DNA of 64,000 nucleotides from contig BROI01000024.1 of the NCBI GenBank assembly GCA_027923505.1, forward strand, positions 1-64,000, read 5' to 3'. The notes beneath the pieces were generated by a model, which did not search any database, was not told where the DNA came from, and worked only from the letters and a program-made list of their open reading frames with translations. The position numbers and the translations under genes were made by a program. Source of the DNA: Mayamaea pseudoterrestris. Its lineage: Eukaryota. How positions within the stretch are numbered: position 1 is the first letter of the stretch; every line of letters starts with the position of its first letter. Of this stretch, positions 19,787 through 31,426 are shown one piece after another.

Positions 19787-21655
19787 ATGAGCAAAATTGT
19801 ACTGGTCGCCGCGAGTTTCTTGCTGGTGCCAGCCGATGGCTTTCAGCAACCCACCTTTGGCGTTAGCCGTCAATCATTTTCAGCCCTTTCCGTTGCAACG
19901 GCGTTGGACACTGATGTTTCCACCAAGCCAGCGGCTACCACGTTTCTACCTGCGGAGACACTTGAGCGAGCGCAAAAGGGCTCACCGATCGAAAAGATCA
20001 AGCTCGAAAAGGACGTCACATCGGCTTGGGTCGATGTTTATGAGTTTGCACGAAAAATTCGCGAGGGAGAAATGACATGGGAAGAAGTGGAAAAAGCTGG
20101 TAAGCTCAAGTTTTGCCATTTCTATAACTTTTCGATGCTTTGCGGCTCTAACTTTCTCGTCTATTTTTGCTTCGTCTCAGACCTCGACAATCGTTTAAAG
20201 TGGGTTGGCATGTTACATCGCGCCAAGCGCACGCCGGGACAGTTCATGATGCGCCTCAAGGTTCCTAATGGCATCTGCAATGCGGATCAATTTCGCTTCT
20301 ACGCTGACTCGATTGAAAAATATGGTCCAGCGAATGGTGTTCTTGACATTACAACTCGACAAAATATTCAGTTGCGAGGCGTCAAAATTGAGGACGCCGA
20401 TGCAATTATTGACGGTCTACACGCTAGAAACCAAACATCATTCCAATCTGCTTTGGACAACGTTCGTAACATGGTCGGCAGCCCACTGGCAGGTATTGAT
20501 GAATTTGAACTGGTCGATACCCGCCCGTTGTGCAATGCCATCAACGACCTTGTTTCACTCGATCCCGTCACTGGCACGCGAGGCAATCCCAAGTTTGCCA
20601 ATCTACCAAGAAAGATAAATTTTGCCATAAGCGGAAGTCGTGACGATTATGCTCATACGCACATCAATGATGTTGGCTTGGTCCCAGTTAAGCATGCCGA
20701 GACTGGCGAAATGGGTTTTAACGTGATGCTAGGTGGTTTCATGAGCATTAAGCGAGTGGCCGAAGCGATCGACGGCAACATGTGGATTCCAGCAGACGTT
20801 CAGTCCGTTGTGGCCTTTTGCGAGGCCATTCTCAGCGTGTTTCGAGACGAAGGGGAGCGCAAGAACCGCCAAGCTGCACGCATTATGTACCTCGTCGAGA
20901 AGTTTGGAGTAGACGGCTTTAAAAAAATCATAAGCAAGGAAGTTGAAAGCTACAAGCGCGGTGTCATTGTTCAAGATGCACAGCCACTACCAACTGATAA
21001 ATTTGAACGGCGTGAATTGCTTGGCGTTCACAAGCAGCCGCAAGATGGAAAAGTCCGCGTGGGTATTCATGTTCCTGTTGGTCGCTTGAGTGCTACGGAA
21101 TGCCGAGAAATTGCCGATATCGCCGACAAATATTCTGGTGGAGAGATTCGGATAACGGTCGAGCAGAACATTATTCTTCCAAATGTAGATGAGAGCCAAG
21201 TCGATCAACTAATTGCGGAGCCAGTGCTGACGAGCGCGCGACTCCAGGTAAACGCCGGCATGATCGAGGGCAACGTCGTCAGTTGCACGGGCGCTGAGTT
21301 CTGTGGCTTGGGATTAATTGAAACAAAGAGCAACGCCGAGTCGTATTCGAAGAAGCTTGAAAAGCTGGTCAAAGTTGATCGTCCGATTCGTATTCACTGG
21401 ACGGGCTGCCCAAATTCTTGCGGCCAGGTCCAGGTTGGTGACATTGGCATCATGGGTGCACCCGCCCGTAAGGAAATTAACGGAAAGTCAGTGGCTGTTC
21501 CAGGGTGCAAAATTTTTGTTGGCGGTCGTATCGGTGAAGATGCGCATTTGGCAATGGAACCTGTTCGTACAGGTATTCCACTGGACGAGGAAGATTTGCT
21601 TCCTGTCTTGGTTGAGATTTTGAAGGCGGAATACGGCGCTGTCGATAGACAGTAG
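19787..21655 (+). CDS. NIR: Plastid ferredoxin-nitrite reductase (81-nt intron 20100-20180)
   Basis: ITTRQNIQLRG, DNVRN, NLPRK, siroheme/[4Fe-4S] motifs SCTGAEFC and HWTGCPNSCGQ; N-terminal signal peptide ending DGF. Confidence 0.93.
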   Translation: MSKIVLVAASFLLVPADGFQQPTFGVSRQSFSALSVATALDTDVSTKPAATTFLPAETLERAQKGSPIEKIKLEKDVTSAWVDVYEFARKIREGEMTWEEVEKAGKLKFCHFYNFSMLCGSNFLVYFCFVSDLDNRLKWVGMLHRAKRTPGQFMMRLKVPNGICNADQFRFYADSIEKYGPANGVLDITTRQNIQLRGVKIEDADAIIDGLHARNQTSFQSALDNVRNMVGSPLAGIDEFELVDTRPLCNAINDLVSLDPVTGTRGNPKFANLPRKINFAISGSRDDYAHTHINDVGLVPVKHAETGEMGFNVMLGGFMSIKRVAEAIDGNMWIPADVQSVVAFCEAILSVFRDEGERKNRQAARIMYLVEKFGVDGFKKIISKEVESYKRGVIVQDAQPLPTDKFERRELLGVHKQPQDGKVRVGIHVPVGRLSATECREIADIADKYSGGEIRITVEQNIILPNVDESQVDQLIAEPVLTSARLQVNAGMIEGNVVSCTGAEFCGLGLIETKSNAESYSKKLEKLVKVDRPIRIHWTGCPNSCGQVQVGDIGIMGAPARKEINGKSVAVPGCKIFVGGRIGEDAHLAMEPVRTGIPLDEEDLLPVLVEILKAEYGAVDRQ

Positions 21656-21903
21656 CCTTGCACTTCGCTCTTTTTGTTTGCACAGCTTTTTTGCATACTA
21701 GATTTACTTTATATTTTTGACAGTATTCTATTAGTCCGGCAGCTGGGAAGATTGATCAGTGCACCGCTTAAGCATTACAGTAACTGTACCTGTTGCTTAC
21801 TGTTGATTCGAAATCTATGAGATTTGCGGACGACGAAAGCCGTGATGATACAGTATTCATAGTGCACGGAAACTTTATCTTATACCTTCCGCACACTAAC
21901 GTG

Positions 21904-23688
21904 CTATCTCATTAGGGCAACCTCTAGCTGCTTGGTAACACTGGTCAATTTTTCGCGAGGTTGCAGCTCGCTCCGAAGTGAGTGGCGCTCGGCGTCGAAA
22001 ATGCGACCCACACCCTCCCAATCGACCACCGTAACATTTCGCTTTCGAAGACTCTCATCTAGATCATCATCATCCTCGTTCGAAAGTGGAGGCTTTTGTC
22101 CGTCTTTCAAAACGTGTAAAATCGTAGAAACCGTGTCCTTGGCATCGACAATGTTTGTTCCTATAATACCTGATGGGCCTCGCTTCAACCATCCAGAAGC
22201 GTACAAGCCACCCATGTTTTCGTTGGGAGGGTCAATGAGACCGTGCTCGTTGACCATGATTCCTCGTCGTTCATCGAACCATTCGTCCGTTCCAGGCAGA
22301 GCCACTCCTTTGTAGCCGATGCTGACAAGTGCCAAGGACGCTGATAAAGTTTCTAGCTCCCCTGTTCCGATGGCAACCTGTTTTCCTGGCTCGCCTTGCA
22401 AGATTGTTCGTTCACAGACAATGCTGCCCAGCTCAGAAGCATCTAACTCATTACCAACAAACTCCTTTGGACTGAGTAGAAAGCGTAAATCTACTAGCTT
22501 GGACGGCCAGGACGTTGGTTCTAGAAAAGTAAGGAAACACCTGAATGAGAAAAGACCATAAGCCCAGGAGTGTCACGAAAATAGCAACACTCACCTTTCT
22601 TAGCGGCATCTCGAAGCAGCTTGTCTATTCTCTTTCTTGGTCGACCCGCCGGAGATTCTAGCTCCTTCATGGAAGCGTCGGTCGCTCCCAAATCCAATTC
22701 TGACTGACGCACCTTAAGAAACGCATCATGTCCTTCCTCGTCCAGCTTCACCAACTCGCGTAGCTCCTTGATTGTGAAGGCACCCTGTACATGCCCTCGT
22801 CGTCCAACAATAGATACATGCTTTGCGCCATTTCCAATGACTGGCAGAGCATGTGATGCAATATCCGTTTCAAACAATCCAGACGCGCCCTTGGCCAGAA
22901 TGCGCGCGCAGTCGAGAGCAACATTCCCCTGTCCAACAACAACCACCGAGGCCTGTCGTATCCCCTTTTCGTCTTGCTCGGTTCCAAGCGCTCTTTCAAC
23001 TTGCTCTCCAATGTGTACAAAGTCGGGATGGCCTGAAGAAGTGAGGAATTTATTTCCAGTAAGCTTTTTTAACGCTTGCACAGCTGAGAGAGTCAAAGGT
23101 AGCCGTGCCTCACATACCATTATACCAAGCCACAAACTGCCTCGCACTCAGAACTCCAGCCAAGTCGTCCTCTCCTTTTATTCCAAGTTTTTGATCCGAT
23201 TCACATCCATATGCCAAGACGACAGCGTCATGTTTCGCCCGCAATTCCTTGACCGAAACATCCACTCCAACATGAACGTTTCCATAGTATTGTATGATTC
23301 CATGCTCATCTCGAAACATTCGTATAAAGTCATTCTCTACATTCTTTACTTCGGGATGATCGGGTGCGACGCCAAATCGCACTAATCCAAAGGGTGTCGG
23401 CAGTCGCTCGAGCACGCGAATGGAAACGTCATGCTTGTTGACTCCGTGCTTTTCCAAGCTTGAAAGCAAGTACTTGGCCGTATAACATCCAGATGGGCCA
23501 CTGCCGACAATGGCAATCTTGTAGGATAGTGATCGATGCTGCAGTAGTTGCTGCTGCGCTGTAATTGATGTCGCCAAATAAGAGGAAGCTGGACCAGAAG
23601 CAGCGACGAGGTGAAACTGTGCCTGCCAATGAGTTGGAGAGGTAATTCTACCGAATCTGCCAGCCTGAAAACGGCAAGAGGCTAGCAT
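21904..23688 (-). CDS. FDXR: Mitochondrial NADPH:adrenodoxin (ferredoxin) oxidoreductase, 3 exons
   Basis: IAIVGSGPSGCY, PFGLVRFGVAPDHPEVKN, FVAWYNG, GQGNVALDCAR, FTIKELRE, GWLKRGPSGIIGTN. Confidence 0.93.
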
Positions 23689-23946
23689 ACTTTTCTCTTC
23701 TAACTATCCCTTCCGTTGGTTCCAAAAAAACAATTGATAACATGCCAAGCAGCAAGCTTTTGAATTATTTGTCGTCTCGTGTGTTCCTCGGAACTAACGT
23801 GTCGCACCGAGTAACAGAACTCTTGTCGTACCGGGACCGCCAGCATGGATGAAAACGATGAGGTCGGACAATGACAAAAATCAAACAGCAGCCACAAACT
23901 ATCGTTTCATCTCGACCTTGCCTCACTCACCATTGATTCATCAGCC

Positions 23947-26526
23947 ATGAACAACGTTTCAACTATTCAAGAAGAGACGACTGTCGAGTCTCGCTTGCTT
24001 GCTGTTCAGCGATCCGTCCGCCGCATGACGCTAGAGGCCTTTCAGCAATCTCGAGCCACCAACCTTTACATTGACGAGGATCCTACAACTCGGCCTGCTC
24101 CAAACGTTACTGATCCAAATCGGCCTGGACTGGAATTGGAGCTGTTTGGACAGGAAGCTTCAGTCATTGAGCAGCATGTGAGCAAAAAGTTGCAGCAAGT
24201 TGAATCGGAACTGGAGGACGTCATGGCCGACTTTAAGGATGTTGCAGCAACACCCGAGCCAGCCTTTCAGACACCCGAGCAGCTTGATCAAGAGGCGGCG
24301 CTACTCAAGACAAAAATTTCGTTTCTCAAGAGTTGTAGTCGAGCGAGAGCCAATTTGGATGAGTGCACGGCGACTGTTGTATCTGGCCCCGAGCTTGTAG
24401 CTGCATCACACCAACTCGTCGAGGCACTGCAAGCTCTAAAGGAGGCGCAAGACACGTTGCAATCGTATGAGAATGAAGAGGACCATGTCCATGACAGAGA
24501 ATTTTATGCTATGGAAGCAGTGAACGACGAGAACATTACCAACGTGCATAGCTCGGAGAAGCAGTATTTCGTTTCCGAAGCAAGCAAAATGCTCACGGCG
24601 TTGCAATCGACGGCCCGTCGGCAAAAGGTGCAATTACTTGGACGAGCCAAGACTCTCTGGCATGCCAGTGTAGAACTCACGCCCAACTCGCTGGCGGTGC
24701 GAGACTCCAAACCAGCGACGGAAAGTTCCGATTTGAGCGCTGCCTACGATACCTTTCTAGCATTTGGAGAAAATGAAGAGCGCGAAGTTGATACGATCTT
24801 GCGCGCATTCACAAGGTCGCTTCATGAAAGTGTCTTTGCGCCGCTCTTGACAAAGCATGAGAAGGGAGTCGCTGTTGGAGAGTGGACGTTTGACGAAATG
24901 GAGGAACGCAACCGCGCCAAAACAATCAGCGTTGTCACGACTTCTGCGGCGACCAAGGGACCAACGCGGCGCTTGGAGTGGACCTGTGACACGGAGGATG
25001 AACCTACGATAGAACTGTCGACCGAAGGTATGGACGCTGTCAAGGCTTGGAAAGAAACGTTTTCATTTATCGATCGGATTTTGACGTTTTTCGTCGAGCG
25101 CATTTTGCTACATCGACAAGATTTGTGCCAGTGGGCCGGTAAGCGGTTTTACGGAATACCAGAGCCATTGTTTCCAACGCTGAATTTAGTGGCCCTTGGT
25201 TTGGAGAGTAGGCGCCTGGGAGATGATAATGGTCTGCTTATGCAGCCGCTCGTTGACGCTCTCACGGAGTCGTGCGTTCCAAAGGCTGTCAAGGCCGCCG
25301 AGATTGCACAACTCGCCAGCATGTCAGCAGAGCTTGATAGCTTTGTGACACCGTTCTTGGATTCCATGCTAAATAATGGACTTCTTTTGAATCCGTCAGA
25401 GTCGCGGCTCGCAAAAATGATCCAATCGTTTGACCAACGATACATCGACAAGAGGCGATGCGTTCTTCTTGGCACTGCTCGCGATTTACTTATAAAAAAT
25501 GATTACCACAATGTTGTCATGGTTGGCGTTGAAATAATCGAAAGTGAAGAGAAATGGAATAGAGATGGAATGGCGGTGTTTAAGCTTCACAGGTCGGGCG
25601 TTTCAGATACGGCTTCAAAGTTAATGCAGCTTTGTCGGGATACCATGGATGAATCCGTTGAGCAACAAGTAATGCCAAAGGACTCTGCCCTTGCGACACT
25701 CCCAGGCGCTCTTTATCGTACTGCTCGAGAGCTTCTTGATTTGTTTCGCGCCATCATACCTTCGACGCATGGATACGAGATTAAGAATGTGCCACGCACT
25801 GCCGCTGTCTTTCACAATGACTGTGTCTTTCTAGCGCATCATTGCTTGACATTAGGTCTCGAGTATCAGGACAAGTATCCTGCGGTTTCGTCGGATGACG
25901 CGAAAGGCAAGCTGCTCCGGCAGAGTTGCATGTTTATCGACATGGTACCGCTCTTTCGCGACTTGGCGGAATGTTCATTAGGCGACATGTTGGACCTGCA
26001 GGCCAGCCAACTTGCTGAGCTAGTCGGCCAACGCATTCCTATCTTGGGCGACTCGCTTCGATCAAACGACATAGTTACCGAGTGGTCTGAGGCGGAGACG
26101 GCACTCACCGCCGGCGTCTACCATTTGCGTCACTTGAAGCAGTCCTGGCAGCCCGTTTTGTCGACGACTATTCTTATCTGCTCCATGTGGTACTTGTGTG
26201 ACGTGGTCTTTACGTTATTCCTTGATCAAGTGCTTGCCGCAAAAGACATAAGCACGAGTGCCTGTCAGTTTGTGAGCGCTCTTTTGCAGAGGGCAGGCGA
26301 CGAAATTGTCGGGCTGGTTGATGGCAAGACGAAGGAGTCGAGGGTTTGGGATCGCTTTACGGCCGTGCGGAAGTTCATGGACATGAATCTCAATGATATT
26401 CAGCTCGGCTTGACGGATGGTGTGTTTCAAAGCATAACCGGCCAAGAGCTGACTCGCCTTATTTTGGCTACCTTTGGCGATAGTCCTAAGCGACGAGAGA
26501 TTACGAATATGTTGTTGTCCCATTAA
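23947..26526 (+). CDS. ZW10: ZW10/DSL1-like kinetochore and membrane-tethering protein
   Basis: 859-aa helical protein; NVPRTAAVFHNDCVFLAHH, KDISTSACQ and C-terminal ELTRLILATFGDSPKR resemble the ZW10 C-terminus. Confidence 0.75.
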   Translation: MNNVSTIQEETTVESRLLAVQRSVRRMTLEAFQQSRATNLYIDEDPTTRPAPNVTDPNRPGLELELFGQEASVIEQHVSKKLQQVESELEDVMADFKDVAATPEPAFQTPEQLDQEAALLKTKISFLKSCSRARANLDECTATVVSGPELVAASHQLVEALQALKEAQDTLQSYENEEDHVHDREFYAMEAVNDENITNVHSSEKQYFVSEASKMLTALQSTARRQKVQLLGRAKTLWHASVELTPNSLAVRDSKPATESSDLSAAYDTFLAFGENEEREVDTILRAFTRSLHESVFAPLLTKHEKGVAVGEWTFDEMEERNRAKTISVVTTSAATKGPTRRLEWTCDTEDEPTIELSTEGMDAVKAWKETFSFIDRILTFFVERILLHRQDLCQWAGKRFYGIPEPLFPTLNLVALGLESRRLGDDNGLLMQPLVDALTESCVPKAVKAAEIAQLASMSAELDSFVTPFLDSMLNNGLLLNPSESRLAKMIQSFDQRYIDKRRCVLLGTARDLLIKNDYHNVVMVGVEIIESEEKWNRDGMAVFKLHRSGVSDTASKLMQLCRDTMDESVEQQVMPKDSALATLPGALYRTARELLDLFRAIIPSTHGYEIKNVPRTAAVFHNDCVFLAHHCLTLGLEYQDKYPAVSSDDAKGKLLRQSCMFIDMVPLFRDLAECSLGDMLDLQASQLAELVGQRIPILGDSLRSNDIVTEWSEAETALTAGVYHLRHLKQSWQPVLSTTILICSMWYLCDVVFTLFLDQVLAAKDISTSACQFVSALLQRAGDEIVGLVDGKTKESRVWDRFTAVRKFMDMNLNDIQLGLTDGVFQSITGQELTRLILATFGDSPKRREITNMLLSH

Positions 26527-27257
26527 TTAGTCAGTGACGATGGACGCTACTTTTAACATGGCATTCTACATTATTAGTTTAATACTCGAAATGATTGCAT
26601 AGCTATTTTCGTATCATAGTGGATCGCAATTACTCGATAGGCGCCAAAAAGCTAATAAAAGAAGATGGCATCAGAATTATCAGGCCTCTGCGCTGCTGCT
26701 GAATGTCTTTATGTTATGATTACTCATAATACAGGACAGGACAGGACAGTACACAGTACTCATCAGCCTACCGGTAGGCACCGGAGAAATAGCTATTGTA
26801 CCCACACGAGTCTCAGTCGTAACGAATCGCTTGCGGCTTCCTCCGAACGATTCGTTCGTGAAATTTAGCGTCACCTGTCCACCTATGAGTAGACACTTCG
26901 GAGATATTTAACGGCAATTACCCGTTGTATTAGCAGCTGCTTCTGCAAGCAACCTTCCATATGTCCAAGTTGAGTCGGCGTTGCCCCAGCTGCTCGTTTC
27001 ACTTATGCCCATGGCTGTAGTTCACCATGTGCGCCAAATTCGGGCAGCACTCCGCGAGTTGGTTGCTCCGCAAGATTAGGTTTAGCTATGTTGCTGAGCA
27101 TGATGACCTAACCATTTGCAAACAAGCTGCGCGCGATTCAGTAACATTATAGAATAGTCTTGTAATGTGATTTATTGTGTCTATGGTACATTAGTGTGCG
27201 AGAATAGCTTGAAGCCCCGCAAAGAGGCCTCCAACTGGTGTCCTTAAGTTGGACAGG

Positions 27258-27932
27258 TTAGACGAAAAGCTTCGACCAGCCCGTTTGAGCATGTTGCTCA
27301 ATGGGTCGCTCGTAGACGACGACTTCGACACCTTGTTTAAAGCTAACAGATGATGAAGCATCGCTTCGTGCTAGTAGAGCCTTGCTGCCGCAAAAGGAGT
27401 ACCTTCCTCGTCGAAGGCATGACCTTGGTTTGCAGCAAATGGCGGACGACGATTGCGACTTGCGAAACAACTTGTCGCCGCTCTCGAGCCTGGCACAGGC
27501 GAGATGTGGTTCAGAACGACTGTAGGAGTATCCACCCGATGATCCAAAGATCTTTCTTCGATTGCAAGTCTTGTCGTCTTCTGTGAATGACGATGAGCTG
27601 AGGCATTGCTCATACGTCTCGATTGCGGACAAGTCCTTCGATAGTCGTCGCTTGTGGCTTGCTCTGCTTGACGCTAGCGAGGGCGAAGACCTTGAACCGT
27701 TCTTGTCCCAGTAAGGTTGAAAGATTGAACGTGGCAAAGCATCAAAATCTTCAGCATGGCTTGAGAGAGTCGAAACACTCGATGCATCGTCATCGTCGGA
27801 GCCAGAGGTCGTGACAAGATCTAGTGGAGGCAAGCAAAAGCAATTACCTTCATCAATCATGGAGAGGGATGCAAACGTCTTGTCTAAATCATCATGTTGA
27901 TCAATCTGAAAAGTTTGAACCTGTTGCCTCAT
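27258..27932 (-). CDS. Hypothetical Ser-rich protein
   Basis: 224-aa ATG ORF; C-terminal SCLRRGRYS...SVSF...VVVYERP...GWSKLF looks like a conserved short motif. Confidence 0.6.
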   Translation of the reverse strand: MRQQVQTFQIDQHDDLDKTFASLSMIDEGNCFCLPPLDLVTTSGSDDDDASSVSTLSSHAEDFDALPRSIFQPYWDKNGSRSSPSLASSRASHKRRLSKDLSAIETYEQCLSSSSFTEDDKTCNRRKIFGSSGGYSYSRSEPHLACARLESGDKLFRKSQSSSAICCKPRSCLRRGRYSFCGSKALLARSDASSSVSFKQGVEVVVYERPIEQHAQTGWSKLFV

Positions 27933-28771
27933 GCTGTTAAGAGTACTTGGTTTTATTATGGGGAATAGTAGCCTTGACGCGAGAGCTTCCGCAAGTTTAT
28001 GTGCGAATCCTTGTTGTCGTCGAGTGTAACACTATAACAGTATAACTCTTTGATTGTATCCGCAGAGTGGAGGAAGGTCAAACGTTGGTATACTTGGTCA
28101 CTAAACCGAAGCGCGAGAAGTTGTTGCACGCCGATCACAGAGTTGTGGTCGGTGATCTCCTTTCGGTTTGCAGTTCGATTTGTGGCGTCCTTGAGCTGGT
28201 TCAAAACTGCCGGCTGCAGAAGCCGGCTGGCTTGTTTTCTTGTAGCGTAAAGAGTAGGCTTGGGGCTGTATGACATTCAAGTGTACAGATGGCACAGCTG
28301 CAACGAACAGGTTCCAGTCATAAGTTGCTTCGTCGGCAAGAATAGCCGAACCGAATACGTCATCGATGTCATCAGTCGTGTCTATCAATCGCTACTTATT
28401 GCCTGATAGACCTCGAAAGATTGACACCATTTCGAAGCTTGCGGAATCCTTTTCCTCGCTCTTTTAATGCACAAAGAGTATTGCCCTCAGTGACCTTTCA
28501 GGCGATCCAATGCCGCACCCATCCTCACTTCGCCGTTTGTTGCAAGAGGTGAGTGGACTTGTACATATATGATATGGCACAGGAAGAGTTTGCCGGACCG
28601 AAAAGCATTGATTCAAAGTTGACTGCCTAAAGGAGTTGCCTGCGCAAATGGTGAGACGCCACCGCTCAGCTAAGTATAATCGTTAATGTCAGTTATTTTG
28701 AAATTCGATAAACCTTCTCTACCGGTAGGCGTAAAATTTTAACAAATGCCATGCCACAGCCAGACACGTCT

Positions 28772-30067
28772 CTACTGCTGCAATCGCTGAACCGCCTCGT
28801 CTTGTTCGTGATCGTTCAAGTGCTTCCACGCCCCAGCCATCGTCTCTGCACCCCAAGCTATTCCATCCCAAGCCATGCTTGCTGTCTCGACTGGATGAAC
28901 AATCCGATTTAAAGCAAAATCTTTAACATGTTTCGCCATTTTACCAACGCCCCCATGCCGATTGACTTGTCGAGTCGCGACGCGCAGCGTCTGTCGCACC
29001 ATGAGCTTGCTGCACAGAAACGAGAGGCGACTTGTCTGATATATTTGTGCCGCCGTTCTCTCAACGCCCAAAAGAACTGGACCATTTTGAAAATTACCGT
29101 ACACTTCTTGCACAAAGTTGTCCAACAAAACGACTGGCGTCGCAACAGCAGCAGTGACAACGGCCCATGGCCAAAGAGTCAATCCCAGCGCAACTGCCAG
29201 CAATGGCGTTTGCGTAGCAGCCTCTTTGCTCCACTCCAAAGTCGATGCCACCTTGGGACCAAGGGGCGGCCAAAGGACGCGCAGACGATCATTGCGAGCT
29301 GAGGCTTTTGCAGCATCCGGCGACGACCTTGGCGGCGGTGGTGATCTCGGGGAACTCGTCATTGCTTCATCCTCATTGTCGCTATCCAAAATATCAATGC
29401 GCGGACCCGATCTCGTCGTATTTTCTTCGCGCACAAAGTCATTATCTCCATTCCCGAGCAAACGATCCGGTGTCAATGTCGCATGAACCGACTGGAGCGA
29501 TGCGACAAAAATGCGAGCCACTGTCAATGCAACGTCGGCAATCTCTTCCGCTTCGTCGCGATCAATCGCCCGCAAGGTAACTTCCACATCGCGAAGCAAC
29601 GTGGCAGCCGCTTGAATCGCCCCCATGACTTGGTCTTCCGACAAGTTGGCGAGTTCATCGGATGAAGATTGTCTCGAAACAGTGTCATGTTCTGGAGCAT
29701 TGCTTCTTTGATCATCATCTGCATCCATAAGCAGCAAACTAGCCTGCGCGTCTTGAATGCAAGCCTGCGCCAAGGACCTTCGCTCCTCCTGCGACTGATG
29801 GTCAATTTGATCGGCTAGAGTACCAATTCCATCCGCCAAATCTTTGCATCCCCTGACAATGGCCGTTCCAAGCATGCCTTGATCGAAAATATCCGATAGT
29901 GAAGCGTCGGCTAGGTTCAACAATTTTCCAACTTGGTCAAGCGCCATCTGCGCAGCATTTTGCTGATTCTGTCGCGCCAGGGCAGCCTCCTCAATGTCAG
30001 AACGAGGCAAGTTCATATGCATGGGCGTCGGGCGGGAAGATGACGACATTGTCGACTTATTCCGCAT
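28772..30067 (-). CDS. Hypothetical protein with a hydrophobic C-terminal segment
   Basis: 431-aa ORF; LRVLWPPLGP and LLAVALGLTLWPWAVVTAAVATPVVLLD segments. Confidence 0.7.
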   Translation of the reverse strand: MRNKSTMSSSSRPTPMHMNLPRSDIEEAALARQNQQNAAQMALDQVGKLLNLADASLSDIFDQGMLGTAIVRGCKDLADGIGTLADQIDHQSQEERRSLAQACIQDAQASLLLMDADDDQRSNAPEHDTVSRQSSSDELANLSEDQVMGAIQAAATLLRDVEVTLRAIDRDEAEEIADVALTVARIFVASLQSVHATLTPDRLLGNGDNDFVREENTTRSGPRIDILDSDNEDEAMTSSPRSPPPPRSSPDAAKASARNDRLRVLWPPLGPKVASTLEWSKEAATQTPLLAVALGLTLWPWAVVTAAVATPVVLLDNFVQEVYGNFQNGPVLLGVERTAAQIYQTSRLSFLCSKLMVRQTLRVATRQVNRHGGVGKMAKHVKDFALNRIVHPVETASMAWDGIAWGAETMAGAWKHLNDHEQDEAVQRLQQ

Positions 30068-30480
30068 GGCGCACGTTTCGCTCTCGGAACCAAAATCAAA
30101 ACGTGTTACGTCGAGTAACTAACTAGAAAGGGGAATGGATGCTACAAGTTTGGTTCGAGTGCAGATCAAGATTCCTTCTGTAAATGCTGTGATGCAATGG
30201 AAAGGAAAGACACAAGAGGGTTGCCAAGTGCAGCAGCAGCGGAGGTAATGAACGAAGCAGGTCGTCGTCGTCGTCGTCGTTCATCGAAGAGCCGTTTCGT
30301 GTCGCATCGGTTAAAAATGGCGCGCCGTCGCGCCTCGACAGCATGCGCCATTTCCGACCAAATTATAGCGTCGCCTCGCATTTGGACTTGTCGTAAGTTA
30401 ATTCTCACTGTTAGATATCAAGTTTGCGTCTGTACAGAAAGACAAACTTGTGGCCTTGGGAAGGAGATCTTGATCATAAA

Positions 30481-31365
30481 ATGAAGCTTCGTCACGGCAC
30501 GACCCAAACAGTCGTCGCACAGGATCGCAAGAGCCAGCAATCCTACCAAGCCATGCTTCATGCAAGTCGAGTAGAAGACGCTGGTAGAAATGGCATTAGA
30601 TTGAGACGGGACGAGGAAGAGAATTCGCTTCTCAAGGACTTGTATCTCCAATCTACACCAAAGGTATCGACAGAAATTGCTACTGCAACGCCATTACCCA
30701 AACCATTTCACAATGATGTCGCAGATGTCGCAGTCTCGCATTCTCTGCAACATGATGCTTCTTTTTCTTCAACAATAATAAATCGGCTTATCCAAGAAGG
30801 GGAAGTAGTTGAGGACCCATGGATACAAAACCCAAGCATTGAGAATCCAACGGCACCCGTGAGCACGAATTCGACTGCCATTGGCAATAAGCCGCGGAAC
30901 AATGCTAATAAGAACAAAAACAAACAAAAGAAGAATAAGAAGAACTCAAACGCCGGCGGAAAGCATGCTACCGCCGGTGCAACATCAATAGACGCGTCTC
31001 CAACGGGAGGCCAAGCAACGACAAATGTTGACAATTCATTCGCCCAGCCACCAACCAACTCCACGCGCTGCAAGAGTTTGACCTGTCGCACCTCTCAGGT
31101 ACTGACGAACCCATATATCTTTGGTACACTGGCCGTTGTCCTGTTGTATCTATACGTGAGACGACGCACTCGACGATCCGCGCCAGCGCAAGGAGCCTAT
31201 CGAAGTATTGCTGCTCAGTATGTAAGTTCGGCTTTTGACGAGGAGCTTTCGCCGGATGATTACCTCAGCGATGATGAGGGTGATGAGTTTTGGACGCATG
31301 GCAAAAAGTCAATTGAAATGGGAACGTTCAAGGATGAATTGACGCTGGATGAAGTGAATGGATAA
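30481..31365 (+). CDS. Hypothetical single-pass membrane protein (start uncertain)
   Basis: Low-complexity N-part, TM YIFGTLAVVLLYLYV followed by RRRTRR, acidic tail ending LTLDEVNG. Confidence 0.6.
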   Translation: MKLRHGTTQTVVAQDRKSQQSYQAMLHASRVEDAGRNGIRLRRDEEENSLLKDLYLQSTPKVSTEIATATPLPKPFHNDVADVAVSHSLQHDASFSSTIINRLIQEGEVVEDPWIQNPSIENPTAPVSTNSTAIGNKPRNNANKNKNKQKKNKKNSNAGGKHATAGATSIDASPTGGQATTNVDNSFAQPPTNSTRCKSLTCRTSQVLTNPYIFGTLAVVLLYLYVRRRTRRSAPAQGAYRSIAAQYVSSAFDEELSPDDYLSDDEGDEFWTHGKKSIEMGTFKDELTLDEVNG

Positions 31366-31426
31366 ATGATAGGGCGAGCATGTGTTATATGTAATTTTTT
31401 TAGTTATGTAGCTGCATAAGATACAA

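Noticed and set aside
19787..23688. Nitrite reductase plus ferredoxin reductase as a functional gene cluster
   Set aside because: Predicted for different compartments (plastid versus mitochondrion) and convergently oriented; adjacency probably incidental
27956..28388. Short minus-strand ORFs upstream of the 27932 gene
   Set aside because: No recognisable motif or supportable splice model; may be UTR
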